A program made the translations under genes and the position numbers. The notes beneath the pieces are model-generated. The model saw only the letters and a list, made by a program, of their open reading frames with translations, made no database searches and was not told the DNA's origin. 64,000 nucleotides of DNA from a virus. Taxonomy: Duplodnaviria; Caudoviricetes. The stretch lies in IMG/VR virus record IMGVR_UViG_3300021431_000012, positions 11,699 to 75,698 of that record; one strand, 5' to 3'. Below, in pieces: positions 47,110 through 55,557 of the stretch; position 1 is the stretch's first letter, and each line of letters starts with the position of its first letter.

Positions 47110-48078
47110 ATGGCAGAAATTTATCAACTTCCCGAAAATGGGAACAATGGTAATGCAACCATTCCTTTCTCTATTCCTATTGGCTTTGGTGGCTATGGAA
47201 ATGGTGGCATGTTTGGCAATGGTAATGGCTTTAACTCCATCGCCGACCTCTTTGGTCTTGCAATCATCGCATCCATGTTTGGATGGGGTGGTAATGGCTT
47301 TGGTGGTCTTGGCGGTGGATGGGGCGGCAATGGCGGCGCAGGTTTCATCAGTAATCAGCTCAACAACGATTCTGGCCGCGAGTTGCTCATGAATGCTATC
47401 ACCAACCAAGGCGAAGCATCGCGCACGGCAATTCAAACTCTTTCCACAATGCTTGGTCAGGACTTTAACCTTGTGAACGCAGGTATTCAGTCGGCTCAGA
47501 ACACGCTCAACCAAATTGCGAACACACAGGGCATGTCAACCTTGCAACTGATTAACGCCGTCCAGGCTGGCGATGCCAACCTTGCTAGCACCATTCAAAA
47601 GTGTTGCTGTGAGCAACAGCTTGCCACATGTCAGCAGACAAATGCTTTGCAAAATAGCATCAATGGCGTAGGTCAGCAAGTTGCCGCAAAAGCAGCAGCA
47701 GACCAGCTTTCGATGTGCCAGCAGACGTATGCGCTTACCGACACCATGAACCGTAACTATCTTGCTCTTGACAACAAGATTGATGCTCTTGAGTCTAGTC
47801 GCAAAGACCGTGAAATCACTAGCCTTACGGCGCAGGTTGCCAAACTTGAATCGCAGAATTTTACTGCAGGCATCGTTCAGCAAGCCGTTGCTCCACTCAA
47901 CGCATCACTTAACTCGCTTGCCCGCGAGGTTGATGACATTAAGTGCAAGCTCCCCGAAACCGTAAACGTGCAATACCCCAATCTTGTTGCCATAAACGCC
48001 ACTCCGTATGTTAGTGGTGGTTTCTACCCCAATGGGTATTACGGCAACGGCTTCGGTGGCAATAACTTTGTGTTCTAA
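47110..48078 (+). CDS. Gly-rich/coiled-coil protein with CCC motif, function unknown
   Basis: Gly/Asn/Phe-rich N-terminus with a hydrophobic segment, QKCCCEQQ, long heptad region, Tyr/Gly/Asn C-terminal tail. Confidence 0.85.
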   Translation: MAEIYQLPENGNNGNATIPFSIPIGFGGYGNGGMFGNGNGFNSIADLFGLAIIASMFGWGGNGFGGLGGGWGGNGGAGFISNQLNNDSGRELLMNAITNQGEASRTAIQTLSTMLGQDFNLVNAGIQSAQNTLNQIANTQGMSTLQLINAVQAGDANLASTIQKCCCEQQLATCQQTNALQNSINGVGQQVAAKAAADQLSMCQQTYALTDTMNRNYLALDNKIDALESSRKDREITSLTAQVAKLESQNFTAGIVQQAVAPLNASLNSLAREVDDIKCKLPETVNVQYPNLVAINATPYVSGGFYPNGYYGNGFGGNNFVF

Positions 48079-48102
48079 ATTTATGGCATAGGAGGTAAAA
48101 GC

Positions 48103-48447
48103 ATGAGTTGTAATTGTAATAACTGCAATATAACAATTAACGCAGGTGGTGAGCCGTATATTGCGAATACACAAGTTGTCGTAGGAACTGACACCGTGAA
48201 CATTGCACTTGGTTGGAGGCGTATTCAGCCGATAGGCAAATTCATTGTACGCATGGAGAATCCTATTCCGTCTGATGCAACAACTACATCTCCAATAACA
48301 CTTACATTGAATGGTGTTACACGTCCACTAACCCTTCCAAACGGTACGGCAGTGACTGTGGCGGATATTCTAAACGTGAGTGTTTTCGAGGTTCTGAATG
48401 ACAAGTTCAACGGAATCTTGGCTCTTATGTCAAGAACTATTGTGTAA
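48103..48447 (+). CDS. Small beta-rich protein (MSCNCNNC N-terminus)
   Basis: ORF track. Confidence 0.75.
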   Translation: MSCNCNNCNITINAGGEPYIANTQVVVGTDTVNIALGWRRIQPIGKFIVRMENPIPSDATTTSPITLTLNGVTRPLTLPNGTAVTVADILNVSVFEVLNDKFNGILALMSRTIV

Positions 48448-48479
48448 AACTAGTGATTAACAATTAAAACAAAACAAAA

Positions 48480-48992
48480 ATGGACTTTCAAAGTTTAGGT
48501 AACGGCAATCCGTTTTATGTTCTCAAAAAAGGAGAAAAGCCAATCCTTGAGGTTGGTGTGGTGAAATCAAAGTCGCAACCACGCGCGAAGTTTCCGACGC
48601 AAACGCCAAACATCATGGCTGGCGTTCAAATGCAGCAGGTTGTTGACGTAGTAGTAACAATCAATGGTCGCGATGAAACATTTAGCGAAATACCTATCAA
48701 TGTAGAAATCGCAGCCCGTGGAAATGACACGTTTAGCGGTAGTCGTGAAGCTATGTTGCAAGCCGTAGATGCTATGTTACAAACATCTAAAAAAGCACTT
48801 GACCAAATCCCTTACCACAAGGCGGTAATCTCCGAAAGCGAGAAAATGCTTGAAGTGCTTAATCCACGTTATGCCGAGGAAAAGAAACAAGCAAGGACTA
48901 TCAAAGCATTAGAGGAAAGGCAAACCGCTACCGATGCAAAGTTGGATAGCATTCTTTCTATCTTGCAAAAACTTGATTCACCGTCTGCTTAG
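48480..48992 (+). CDS. Hypothetical protein (beta N-terminal domain plus coiled coil)
   Basis: ORF track. Confidence 0.8.
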   Translation: MDFQSLGNGNPFYVLKKGEKPILEVGVVKSKSQPRAKFPTQTPNIMAGVQMQQVVDVVVTINGRDETFSEIPINVEIAARGNDTFSGSREAMLQAVDAMLQTSKKALDQIPYHKAVISESEKMLEVLNPRYAEEKKQARTIKALEERQTATDAKLDSILSILQKLDSPSA

Positions 48993-49029
48993 TCTTTTGA
49001 AAGTCCAATCTAAAAAAACATCAAGAACT

Positions 49030-49272
49030 ATGGCATGGATTTTTGTTGACAAGGAAGATGGTGGCTCACAGGAGAAGATGCGCCAGCAGATGCGTCGTTC
49101 AATGCGTAGCGGTGGTTATCGCTCTTATGGCGGAACTAGTGGCGGTAGTGGAAGCTATCGTGATGGTTATCGCCAAGGCTATAAGCACGGATGGGATGAC
49201 AAGGAGATGGAAATGGAAGATGATGACATGGAATATCGCCGTCAGCGTGATAGCCGTGGTCGTTATATGTAA
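49030..49272 (+). CDS. Disordered Arg/Gly/Ser/Tyr-rich protein (80 aa)
   Basis: MAWIFVDKEDGG...RSGGYRSYGG...YRRQRDSRGRYM; start moved from 48934. Confidence 0.75.
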   Translation: MAWIFVDKEDGGSQEKMRQQMRRSMRSGGYRSYGGTSGGSGSYRDGYRQGYKHGWDDKEMEMEDDDMEYRRQRDSRGRYM

Positions 49273-49289
49273 TCTATCTTATTCAAATG

Positions 49290-49317
49290 GGGTGGGGTTC
49301 TTGCCCTACCCTTTTTT
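49290..49317 (+). terminator. Intrinsic terminator inside the cassette
   Basis: GGGTGGGG-TTCTTG-CCCTACCC-TTTTTT. Confidence 0.7.
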
Positions 49318-49344
49318 ATTTATCAATTAACAAAAAAAAAGAAA

Positions 49345-49761
49345 ATGGGAAATACATTATCTAACTATTGCATACCAGAGGACATGGAGCAATATTTATC
49401 TTTCTATGGTTGGCATTTCAACAAGAACTTGTGTAAGTTTGCAACCGATATGATGAAAAGGGAAGATAATGCGTCTGGAATGCTCAAGAAAATTACTCCA
49501 ATGAAAATGGAGGAATTGAAAGAATTGCTAGAAAAGCATAAAATAGAACTAGAACCGAATGATTGGTATGATGCACTTTATCTAGCAAACATGGTAAAGG
49601 CTGACTATTGGGGAAGTAGCATTGAAGACGAGGAACACATGGCGCGTTACATTGAAGATGTTATTTGCGATGTAGACGGCTATGAGGGAATCGTGTTTTC
49701 GCGCTTTCTTGCCGATTGTACTTGTAAAGGCGTTGTAATATTTTGGGACATGATGATTTAG
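49345..49761 (+). CDS. Conserved hypothetical protein (YLSFYGWHFNKNLC...KADYWGSSI)
   Basis: ORF track; motif recalled from Bacteroidales prophages. Confidence 0.8.
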   Translation: MGNTLSNYCIPEDMEQYLSFYGWHFNKNLCKFATDMMKREDNASGMLKKITPMKMEELKELLEKHKIELEPNDWYDALYLANMVKADYWGSSIEDEEHMARYIEDVICDVDGYEGIVFSRFLADCTCKGVVIFWDMMI

Positions 49762-49765
49762 GCTT

Positions 49766-50152
49766 ATGATTACAAAGTATTTAGAGGTCGGTGACGGTGA
49801 TTGGGGAATCTTGTTGAACTACAATTTCGACGAAACGGATTACGAAGACATTTATGCCGCATTATATTCTTTTGGCATGAATGACAAGAATATTCGCAAG
49901 TCCCTTAACATTCTTTCCGCGCCGAACACTGGTATGACGATTTCCAATGATGCTTTGCGCATGACAAACATATATATTGGAAAGCAAACGTCGGTAGGTG
50001 AATTTTGGAGCACCATAAACCACGAACTATATCATGCCACAACCGCGATTATTGATTACTATGGTGAACCATACGACCAAGAGCCAGCGGCATACCTACA
50101 AGGCGAATTAATGCGGCTAGTGGTAGAGGAAATTGGCGAGCCATGCTATTAA
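49766..50152 (+). CDS. Small HExxH (zincin-like) protein
   Basis: INHELYHAT followed by EPAAYL. Confidence 0.6.
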   Translation: MITKYLEVGDGDWGILLNYNFDETDYEDIYAALYSFGMNDKNIRKSLNILSAPNTGMTISNDALRMTNIYIGKQTSVGEFWSTINHELYHATTAIIDYYGEPYDQEPAAYLQGELMRLVVEEIGEPCY

Positions 50153-50204
50153 ATTCCTTTCTAAGCGACTTTTATAATCAAAGGTGGGTGGTTATAGGGA
50201 AAGG

Positions 50205-50254
50205 CAAAGGAAAGCCGTTAGACGCAAAATAAACGCGGTCTACGGCTTTCCTTT
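50205..50254. terminator. Bidirectional terminator between converging operons
   Basis: AAAGGAAAGCCGT (50205-50217) pairs with ACGGCTTTCCTTT (50241-50253). Confidence 0.8.
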
Positions 50255-50263
50255 TATGTGTTA

Positions 50264-50485
50264 TTATAATTTTAAAGGCTTGTGACTATACACAAATCGC
50301 CATAATGCTCTCATTTCACTCATCAAATGTGGCGTGCCAAAAGTCGAACATGGCATCGGGTAGTTAATCTTTTTGCCATTTTTTGCCATAATAAACAAAG
50401 CCATAATAAATGCTTCATATGTATCTATCTTGCTTTGCATGTGCGCAATTTCTCTAACAATGTTGTTGTCTAAATCTTTTTCCAT
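50264..50485 (-). CDS. Hypothetical protein
   Basis: ORF track. Confidence 0.6.
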   Translation of the reverse strand: MEKDLDNNIVREIAHMQSKIDTYEAFIMALFIMAKNGKKINYPMPCSTFGTPHLMSEMRALWRFVYSHKPLKL

Positions 50486-50490
50486 AATTG

Positions 50491-51111
50491 TTATAGTTTA
50501 ACTGGTTGTGGGTAAAATCTTTCTTGTACTTCATCCCAAATAAACTTACAACCGCAGAATGGGCAAATACTACTAACTCCCCTTGCGACATCTATTTCAT
50601 GATTACAAGATGGACACATTGCCGTAAATGGTGGATAAACATTGATAAAATGCTTTTGAAAACCGTCACCGCCCTCTAATGCGCCTTGTGATGCAAGTTC
50701 ACGAATAAGCGCAGTAATATCACGCACGCTTGCTTCTTCAAGGTTTTCACTTCTTGATGCAAGCAAGTTGGAAAGCATCTGAACAATTTCTTCTGCAGAA
50801 AACTTGTAGTTTTTAAGGTTTGTTGCCCGCTTTTGGATTTCTGCGCGAAATTGTTCCTCGATAAGTTCTTTGAGTTGTTGGCATTCTTGTGATTGAATGG
50901 CAAGTTCCGCATCTTTCTTTATTTTTGATAGATATGCTGCCTCATCCTCCGTTCCAATAACTCTTTTGAATTCTTTCGTGTCAAAAATCATTGCGTAGGC
51001 AACTTCTATATCCTCGCCTAATGCCGTTTGTAACACGAAAAGGTATTGTTTTTCCGTGAACGTGATACTTCTTGTGTGTAGTCTTTCTACATTGTCAATA
51101 TAACTAAGCAT
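50491..51111 (-). CDS. Terminase small subunit-like protein with a C-terminal Zn ribbon
   Basis: FTEKQYLFV...G.DIEVAY and FSAEEIVQMLSNL echo TerS patterns; CPSC...CPFC. Confidence 0.45.
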   Translation of the reverse strand: MLSYIDNVERLHTRSITFTEKQYLFVLQTALGEDIEVAYAMIFDTKEFKRVIGTEDEAAYLSKIKKDAELAIQSQECQQLKELIEEQFRAEIQKRATNLKNYKFSAEEIVQMLSNLLASRSENLEEASVRDITALIRELASQGALEGGDGFQKHFINVYPPFTAMCPSCNHEIDVARGVSSICPFCGCKFIWDEVQERFYPQPVKL

Positions 51112-51116
51112 AAATC

Positions 51117-51518
51117 TTAAAATAATTCTGGTTGTTTACTATTTTTTGTTTCCACACCGCCAACTTCGACCAACGTGAATTCAATGCGAGGATTATTCTT
51201 GTCAATAAATTTATTGGCAACAATCTTTACGCAGTTTCGGTCATTCTTTATTGCGTTGCACGTTTGTAGACAGTCAAGCAAGCATTTTAATGAGTTGTCA
51301 AGGTCTGGTTGGTTGGAATGAAAATACACGTCAACATAAAGTTCAAAAAAGCCATTAATATTCTTGTTGCGATACGCTCCGCATTGAAGATAGAACTTTT
51401 CTTCGTATTCTTTTAATGCTTTCGTTTTCGCCAAGCTACCGTGCCCCTTAATAGTGATAATTTTATATTGGTTGGCTTTAGACGGCGCGTTACCCAAAAT
51501 AACTTGTTCGTGTTTCAT
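51117..51518 (-). CDS. rusA: RusA-like Holliday junction resolvase
   Basis: PSKAN, PDLDNSLKCLLDCLQ, IKNDRNCVKIVANK. Confidence 0.85.
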   Translation of the reverse strand: MKHEQVILGNAPSKANQYKIITIKGHGSLAKTKALKEYEEKFYLQCGAYRNKNINGFFELYVDVYFHSNQPDLDNSLKCLLDCLQTCNAIKNDRNCVKIVANKFIDKNNPRIEFTLVEVGGVETKNSKQPELF

Positions 51519-51551
51519 ATCTACTTAACTACATAATAATTACTCTGAGAG

Positions 51552-52199
51552 TTATAGGGTGAAGAGTGAAGAGTGAAGAGTTTGCTGCCGCACCAGTTTG
51601 AAGGTGTAGGCGAACACCCACGGGTTGCTCTTCCATGTACCTGTGCCGCTCACCTTGTCGATGAGATAGGCAAACGCATATCGGGCAGAGCAGCGGTATA
51701 TCAGATTATCGCTATCCCATTTGTATGGTTTAACGTATGGCGGCCACGGTGCAAACATATCCATCTCGTGATGAAGTGGTGGCTTGTCGTACTTGAACAC
51801 ACCTTCGCGCATAGCATCCTCTTCGCTGATGTCTTGCAATCGTTCCAACTTGATGTTGGTGATGCGGATGCGGTAGGGCATGTATTCAGCCTTAACGAAC
51901 ATCTTATTGCTCCATCCCTTCGAGTGGGTTATCGCTTTCCAGTCGATGCCTGGAAGTGCAGGCCACCGAAGTGTTTGGTATGCTTGTGCGATTGCTACGA
52001 TTTCACCTTCTTCGTAGCCAGGTTTCACTTCCACGGAATCCCCGTCGCTTGTGTCAGCAATGAAATGCCAACCACCATTTGCATGATACGCCTTGATGTC
52101 TTCAAAATTCCCTTTGATGATGCGCCGCGTCGTCTTCTTCTTTTCCTCTAATACGGCTTGCATCAGCCCGTAGCGGTCGTTAAACATTATCTTCTTCAT
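51552..52199 (-). CDS. ASCH-like domain protein
   Basis: IMFND...AVLE.KK.TTRR, N.MFVKA..MP.RIRIT.IK.ERLQDISEEDA.REG, W.SNPWVFAYTF. Confidence 0.75.
   Translation of the reverse strand: MKKIMFNDRYGLMQAVLEEKKKTTRRIIKGNFEDIKAYHANGGWHFIADTSDGDSVEVKPGYEEGEIVAIAQAYQTLRWPALPGIDWKAITHSKGWSNKMFVKAEYMPYRIRITNIKLERLQDISEEDAMREGVFKYDKPPLHHEMDMFAPWPPYVKPYKWDSDNLIYRCSARYAFAYLIDKVSGTGTWKSNPWVFAYTFKLVRQQTLHSSLFTL
51559..51591 (+). repeat. 3x GTGAAGA tandem repeat plus GTTTGCTGCCGC
   Basis: Read directly; lies in the last codons of 51552-52199. Confidence 0.8.
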
Positions 52200-52211
52200 A
52201 GTTCCTTGATA

Positions 52212-52244
52212 AATTCGTGTATAATTCGTGTATAATTCGTGTAT
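52212..52244 (+). repeat. 3x AATTCGTGTAT tandem repeat
   Basis: Read directly. Confidence 0.85.
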
Positions 52245-52276
52245 AAAATAAATGCAGAGCTGTAGCCTATTATTAG

Positions 52277-52756
52277 TTACTTTTTTAAAATTTCCACCTC
52301 AATATTGGACGAAATCGGTATGTTTACAACAATCTTTTGCTTTTTGTTTTCGTCATCTTTTTTGTATTTTAGCTTGATGATATGTTTGATAAGTTTCCAT
52401 CTATTTGCCCATATATAATCGGTTTCAATTAACATGGCTATTTTTTGGCAACCGACGCGTATTGATTCACTTGAAAACTTACATCTTTCCATTGATGTTT
52501 TTTGCGCTATCCTTTCATATGTTTCATTTGTCATGTACCGCACGGCATACCAAAACAGCCATCTAGCTTGCGAAAGATACACTTTATCACATGATGAAAG
52601 CATATCTGACACATCAACATCGCACATTGCAGAAATATGGTATGCAAGAAAGTTAATGCATACATAATCGTACTTTGAAACAACGTGTTCTATTTCGGAA
52701 ACAACGGTTTGTTCTACACCTTCCCATTCGGAAAGCATTTCATTTTCTCCTTTCAT
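52277..52756 (-). CDS. Protein with a DnaA domain IV-like HTH
   Basis: ISAMCDVDVSDMLS...LSQARWLFWYAVRYMTNETYERIA parallels the DnaA C-terminal pattern. Confidence 0.55.
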   Translation of the reverse strand: MKGENEMLSEWEGVEQTVVSEIEHVVSKYDYVCINFLAYHISAMCDVDVSDMLSSCDKVYLSQARWLFWYAVRYMTNETYERIAQKTSMERCKFSSESIRVGCQKIAMLIETDYIWANRWKLIKHIIKLKYKKDDENKKQKIVVNIPISSNIEVEILKK

Positions 52757-53171
52757 CGCTTTTCCTTTTGTTTATGTTATTAATAATAGTTTGTTCACCC
52801 ATTGGCTTTCTTTCAACAAAAAAGTTTAGACGTTGCTTTTCTTTTCCTATCACGGAATCAATGATGGCTACAATGGTATAGCAAAACCGAAAAAAGACGA
52901 ATTCGCCTTTAAAGGATAAAACACCTTTTGGCTGTTTCTTTAAATATACCTCCCACATCGGTTCACGCCTTTTATTGTAGTATTCGCCAGTTTCTAAATT
53001 ATATTCTAGCATGGGTTTCCTCTTTAGCCACAAATAAGTATCGCCTTTTTCGTCTTTAAAGAAAACACCTTCAATCGGCGACAAGTCAACACCGTCTATT
53101 TCTATTTCACCTTCATACTTTCCGCCAGCTTTGCGTTGTATGAAACCGTTGTTGTAGCCACGTTCTTTCAT
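52740..53171 (-). CDS. Hypothetical protein
   Basis: ORF track. Confidence 0.7.
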   Translation of the reverse strand: MKERGYNNGFIQRKAGGKYEGEIEIDGVDLSPIEGVFFKDEKGDTYLWLKRKPMLEYNLETGEYYNKRREPMWEVYLKKQPKGVLSFKGEFVFFRFCYTIVAIIDSVIGKEKQRLNFFVERKPMGEQTIINNINKRKSDERRK

Positions 53172-53863
53172 TCCTTGTAGAAATTTAAAAATTCATATAG
53201 CTTATAAAAGTCGTTGTCACCAAACATTTCTTTTGCTATTTCGGTTAGCTTAATAGTGTTCGTTAGTGTAGATTTCATTCTTTTAGGTATCACGCCATAC
53301 TTGTAGGCATTTTCAAAAATCTTGTCATTGCATGGCAACAATCCGATGCTTGCATATTTCCAAATCTTTAGCTTATATGTAAGCCAATAGAAAAGAAGAT
53401 TATAGCGATAGAATGTTCCATTGTTTCTTGTTGTTGGAAATCCAGTGTTTCCGCTAAAAATCAACGACAATGCATCGTGGGCATATTTGCATTTATGTCT
53501 TTTGTAATTTTGGAAATACTTGTAAAAAGCATGCTCCAAATCTTCATTCATGATGTACGTTTCGTACAGCTTTGTTAGCAGGTTGTGAAGATTTGAATAC
53601 GTCAAGATTCCAATCATGCTAGCACTACCTTTTTCTTTCCATTTCCCATCTTTTCCATAGTTAAGGACGTATGGTAACACCCAAATCATTTCCGACAAGA
53701 CAAAGTTTTCAAACACAACATCTTCGTACTTAAAACCGTTGTCCATCCAAGCACCTAGCACGGCAACAACCTCGGCATTACGCTTTTCAGTAAAAGTGGA
53801 AATGAATAGCGACTTTTCGTTATCGCTATCCACTCCACACATTATGATTTCTTCTTTGGTCAT
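53168..53863 (-). CDS. Divergent DUF2400 (TIGR02757)-like protein
   Basis: NAEVVAVLGAW, PY.., RYNLLFYWL...IW...LLPC......A.KYGVI..R......IKLTEIAK pattern. Confidence 0.45.
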   Translation of the reverse strand: MTKEEIIMCGVDSDNEKSLFISTFTEKRNAEVVAVLGAWMDNGFKYEDVVFENFVLSEMIWVLPYVLNYGKDGKWKEKGSASMIGILTYSNLHNLLTKLYETYIMNEDLEHAFYKYFQNYKRHKCKYAHDALSLIFSGNTGFPTTRNNGTFYRYNLLFYWLTYKLKIWKYASIGLLPCNDKIFENAYKYGVIPKRMKSTLTNTIKLTEIAKEMFGDNDFYKLYEFLNFYKE

Positions 53864-54306
53864 ATTGGCTCGATTTCAGTTTCAATAAGTTCCCAATCGC
53901 TAGCCTCGTCAAGCAGGTATGAAAGGTGCGAAATATGCTTTATCTTTGCACGCGTTTCTTTTGAGGAAACATCTTCGTTTTTTATTTCCGACATTTCTTT
54001 TTCTTTCAAAGCAAGAATTTCGTTTGCCATTGCGGTGATAAGGTCTAATGGGTCAAGATGTTTAGATGAAGCCAATTCTTGTTCCCAATTTATATCATCG
54101 TCAAACTCAAAACAATGGCATCCAAAATCATCTGGTTCACATGGAGGTTCAATGATTTCACGATACATCGTCGTAGGAATTGACATGCATTTACAAAGCG
54201 TGCATGTAACGTCGCAGTCAAAATCCTTAGTTTCATTTTCCACTTGGTTGTACGGCGCATTGGAGTCGAATTCTGCGCCAGGCGGGTAATAACCTGATTC
54301 TCTCAT
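53860..54306 (-). CDS. Hypothetical protein (YYPPGAE.D.NAPYNQ N-terminus)
   Basis: ORF track. Confidence 0.7.
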   Translation of the reverse strand: MRESGYYPPGAEFDSNAPYNQVENETKDFDCDVTCTLCKCMSIPTTMYREIIEPPCEPDDFGCHCFEFDDDINWEQELASSKHLDPLDLITAMANEILALKEKEMSEIKNEDVSSKETRAKIKHISHLSYLLDEASDWELIETEIEPI

Positions 54307-54326
54307 AACTTTTCGTTTTTTGTGTT

Positions 54327-55466
54327 TTAATTGATAAGCATCGGCATTAATAGCGAAAGTGTATTGATATTGTCATCACTATCCTTTGCCATAAACAAAG
54401 CGGACTTTTCTGGTGCTGACATCGCCATTACAATATCGCTAGATTTAATATTTTGAACAACTTGTAACAACACGCTTCCCTTAAAACCGATATTGATAGC
54501 TTGCATGTTGTATGCACATTCTACTATTTCTTTTGCACTAGTGGCAAAATCAATATCCTCGGCATTAATCGTTAAGCTATCATTTTCAAATAAAAGAACA
54601 ACAAGTTCACTAGTTGAACTACCCATTGGCAACACTCGTTTCAATGCCGCGACAAACTGCTCTTTAGGCAATGTCGCTACAAGATTATTGTTTGTTGGAA
54701 TTACGCTATTGTAATTTGGGTAGCGACCTTCTTGTAGTCTTGTGATAAGCCTAAAGTCGTTTTGCATAAAACGAACACATGATTCGTTGTACGAAATATA
54801 AATGTCCTCACTAGAAGAAAGAACATTTTTTAGGATTTTTGCTGGTTTAGACGGAAGTGTGAACCAGCTATTAGCATCACTTGTAACCATGGCATTTGAA
54901 TGTTTTACCATTTTGTGACCATCCGTAGCCACAACAAACATGCCATCCTTAAAGAAATCAAAATGAATGCCGTTCATAACTGGGCGCAACACGTCGTTAC
55001 CTACTGCATAATCCGTTACCGCAATACTATTTGCAAGATATTCACCTTTTATTGCTTTGTCTATTTTTGTACTGCTTTCCAAACTTTTGTTGACAACATC
55101 TGGCTTTGGATAGGCGTCCGCATCCTCATAGGGGATTGAAAAATGCCCGTTTTCATAATTTCCTTTAAGCGTGTTGGATTCTTTTTGCACCTCTAGTGTA
55201 ATTACACTACCAACAAGATTTCTAAGCGCAGATGCAATATTTTGGGCGTTTATGCAAAAGCTACCCTCAAAAGTACTTTCTAGTGGGTCAACATAAGTTG
55301 TTAGCCATGTGTCATTATCCGATGATGTGATTTTAATTATGCCATCATCCGTAGATTCAAACAACAATGTGTCTAGAATCGGTAAAGCTGATTTTCCATT
55401 GATAACCGATGAAACCAATTGCAACCGTGGCAATAGTTCGTCAACATTAAACTTAATTGTTTCCAT
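54327..55466 (-). CDS. dnaN: DNA polymerase III beta sliding clamp
   Basis: LPILDTLLFE, DVLRPVMNGIHF, VATDGHKM, RLQEGRYPNY..VIP, IGFKG, LLMPM. Confidence 0.95.
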   Translation of the reverse strand: METIKFNVDELLPRLQLVSSVINGKSALPILDTLLFESTDDGIIKITSSDNDTWLTTYVDPLESTFEGSFCINAQNIASALRNLVGSVITLEVQKESNTLKGNYENGHFSIPYEDADAYPKPDVVNKSLESSTKIDKAIKGEYLANSIAVTDYAVGNDVLRPVMNGIHFDFFKDGMFVVATDGHKMVKHSNAMVTSDANSWFTLPSKPAKILKNVLSSSEDIYISYNESCVRFMQNDFRLITRLQEGRYPNYNSVIPTNNNLVATLPKEQFVAALKRVLPMGSSTSELVVLLFENDSLTINAEDIDFATSAKEIVECAYNMQAINIGFKGSVLLQVVQNIKSSDIVMAMSAPEKSALFMAKDSDDNINTLSLLMPMLIN

Positions 55467-55557
55467 ACTTTAAAATTTTCGTTTAGTGAATTTTGGTGCA
55501 AATATAAATAATAATTTTGAATATACCAAATAATTGTTTTCTAATTGTGATTTTTTA

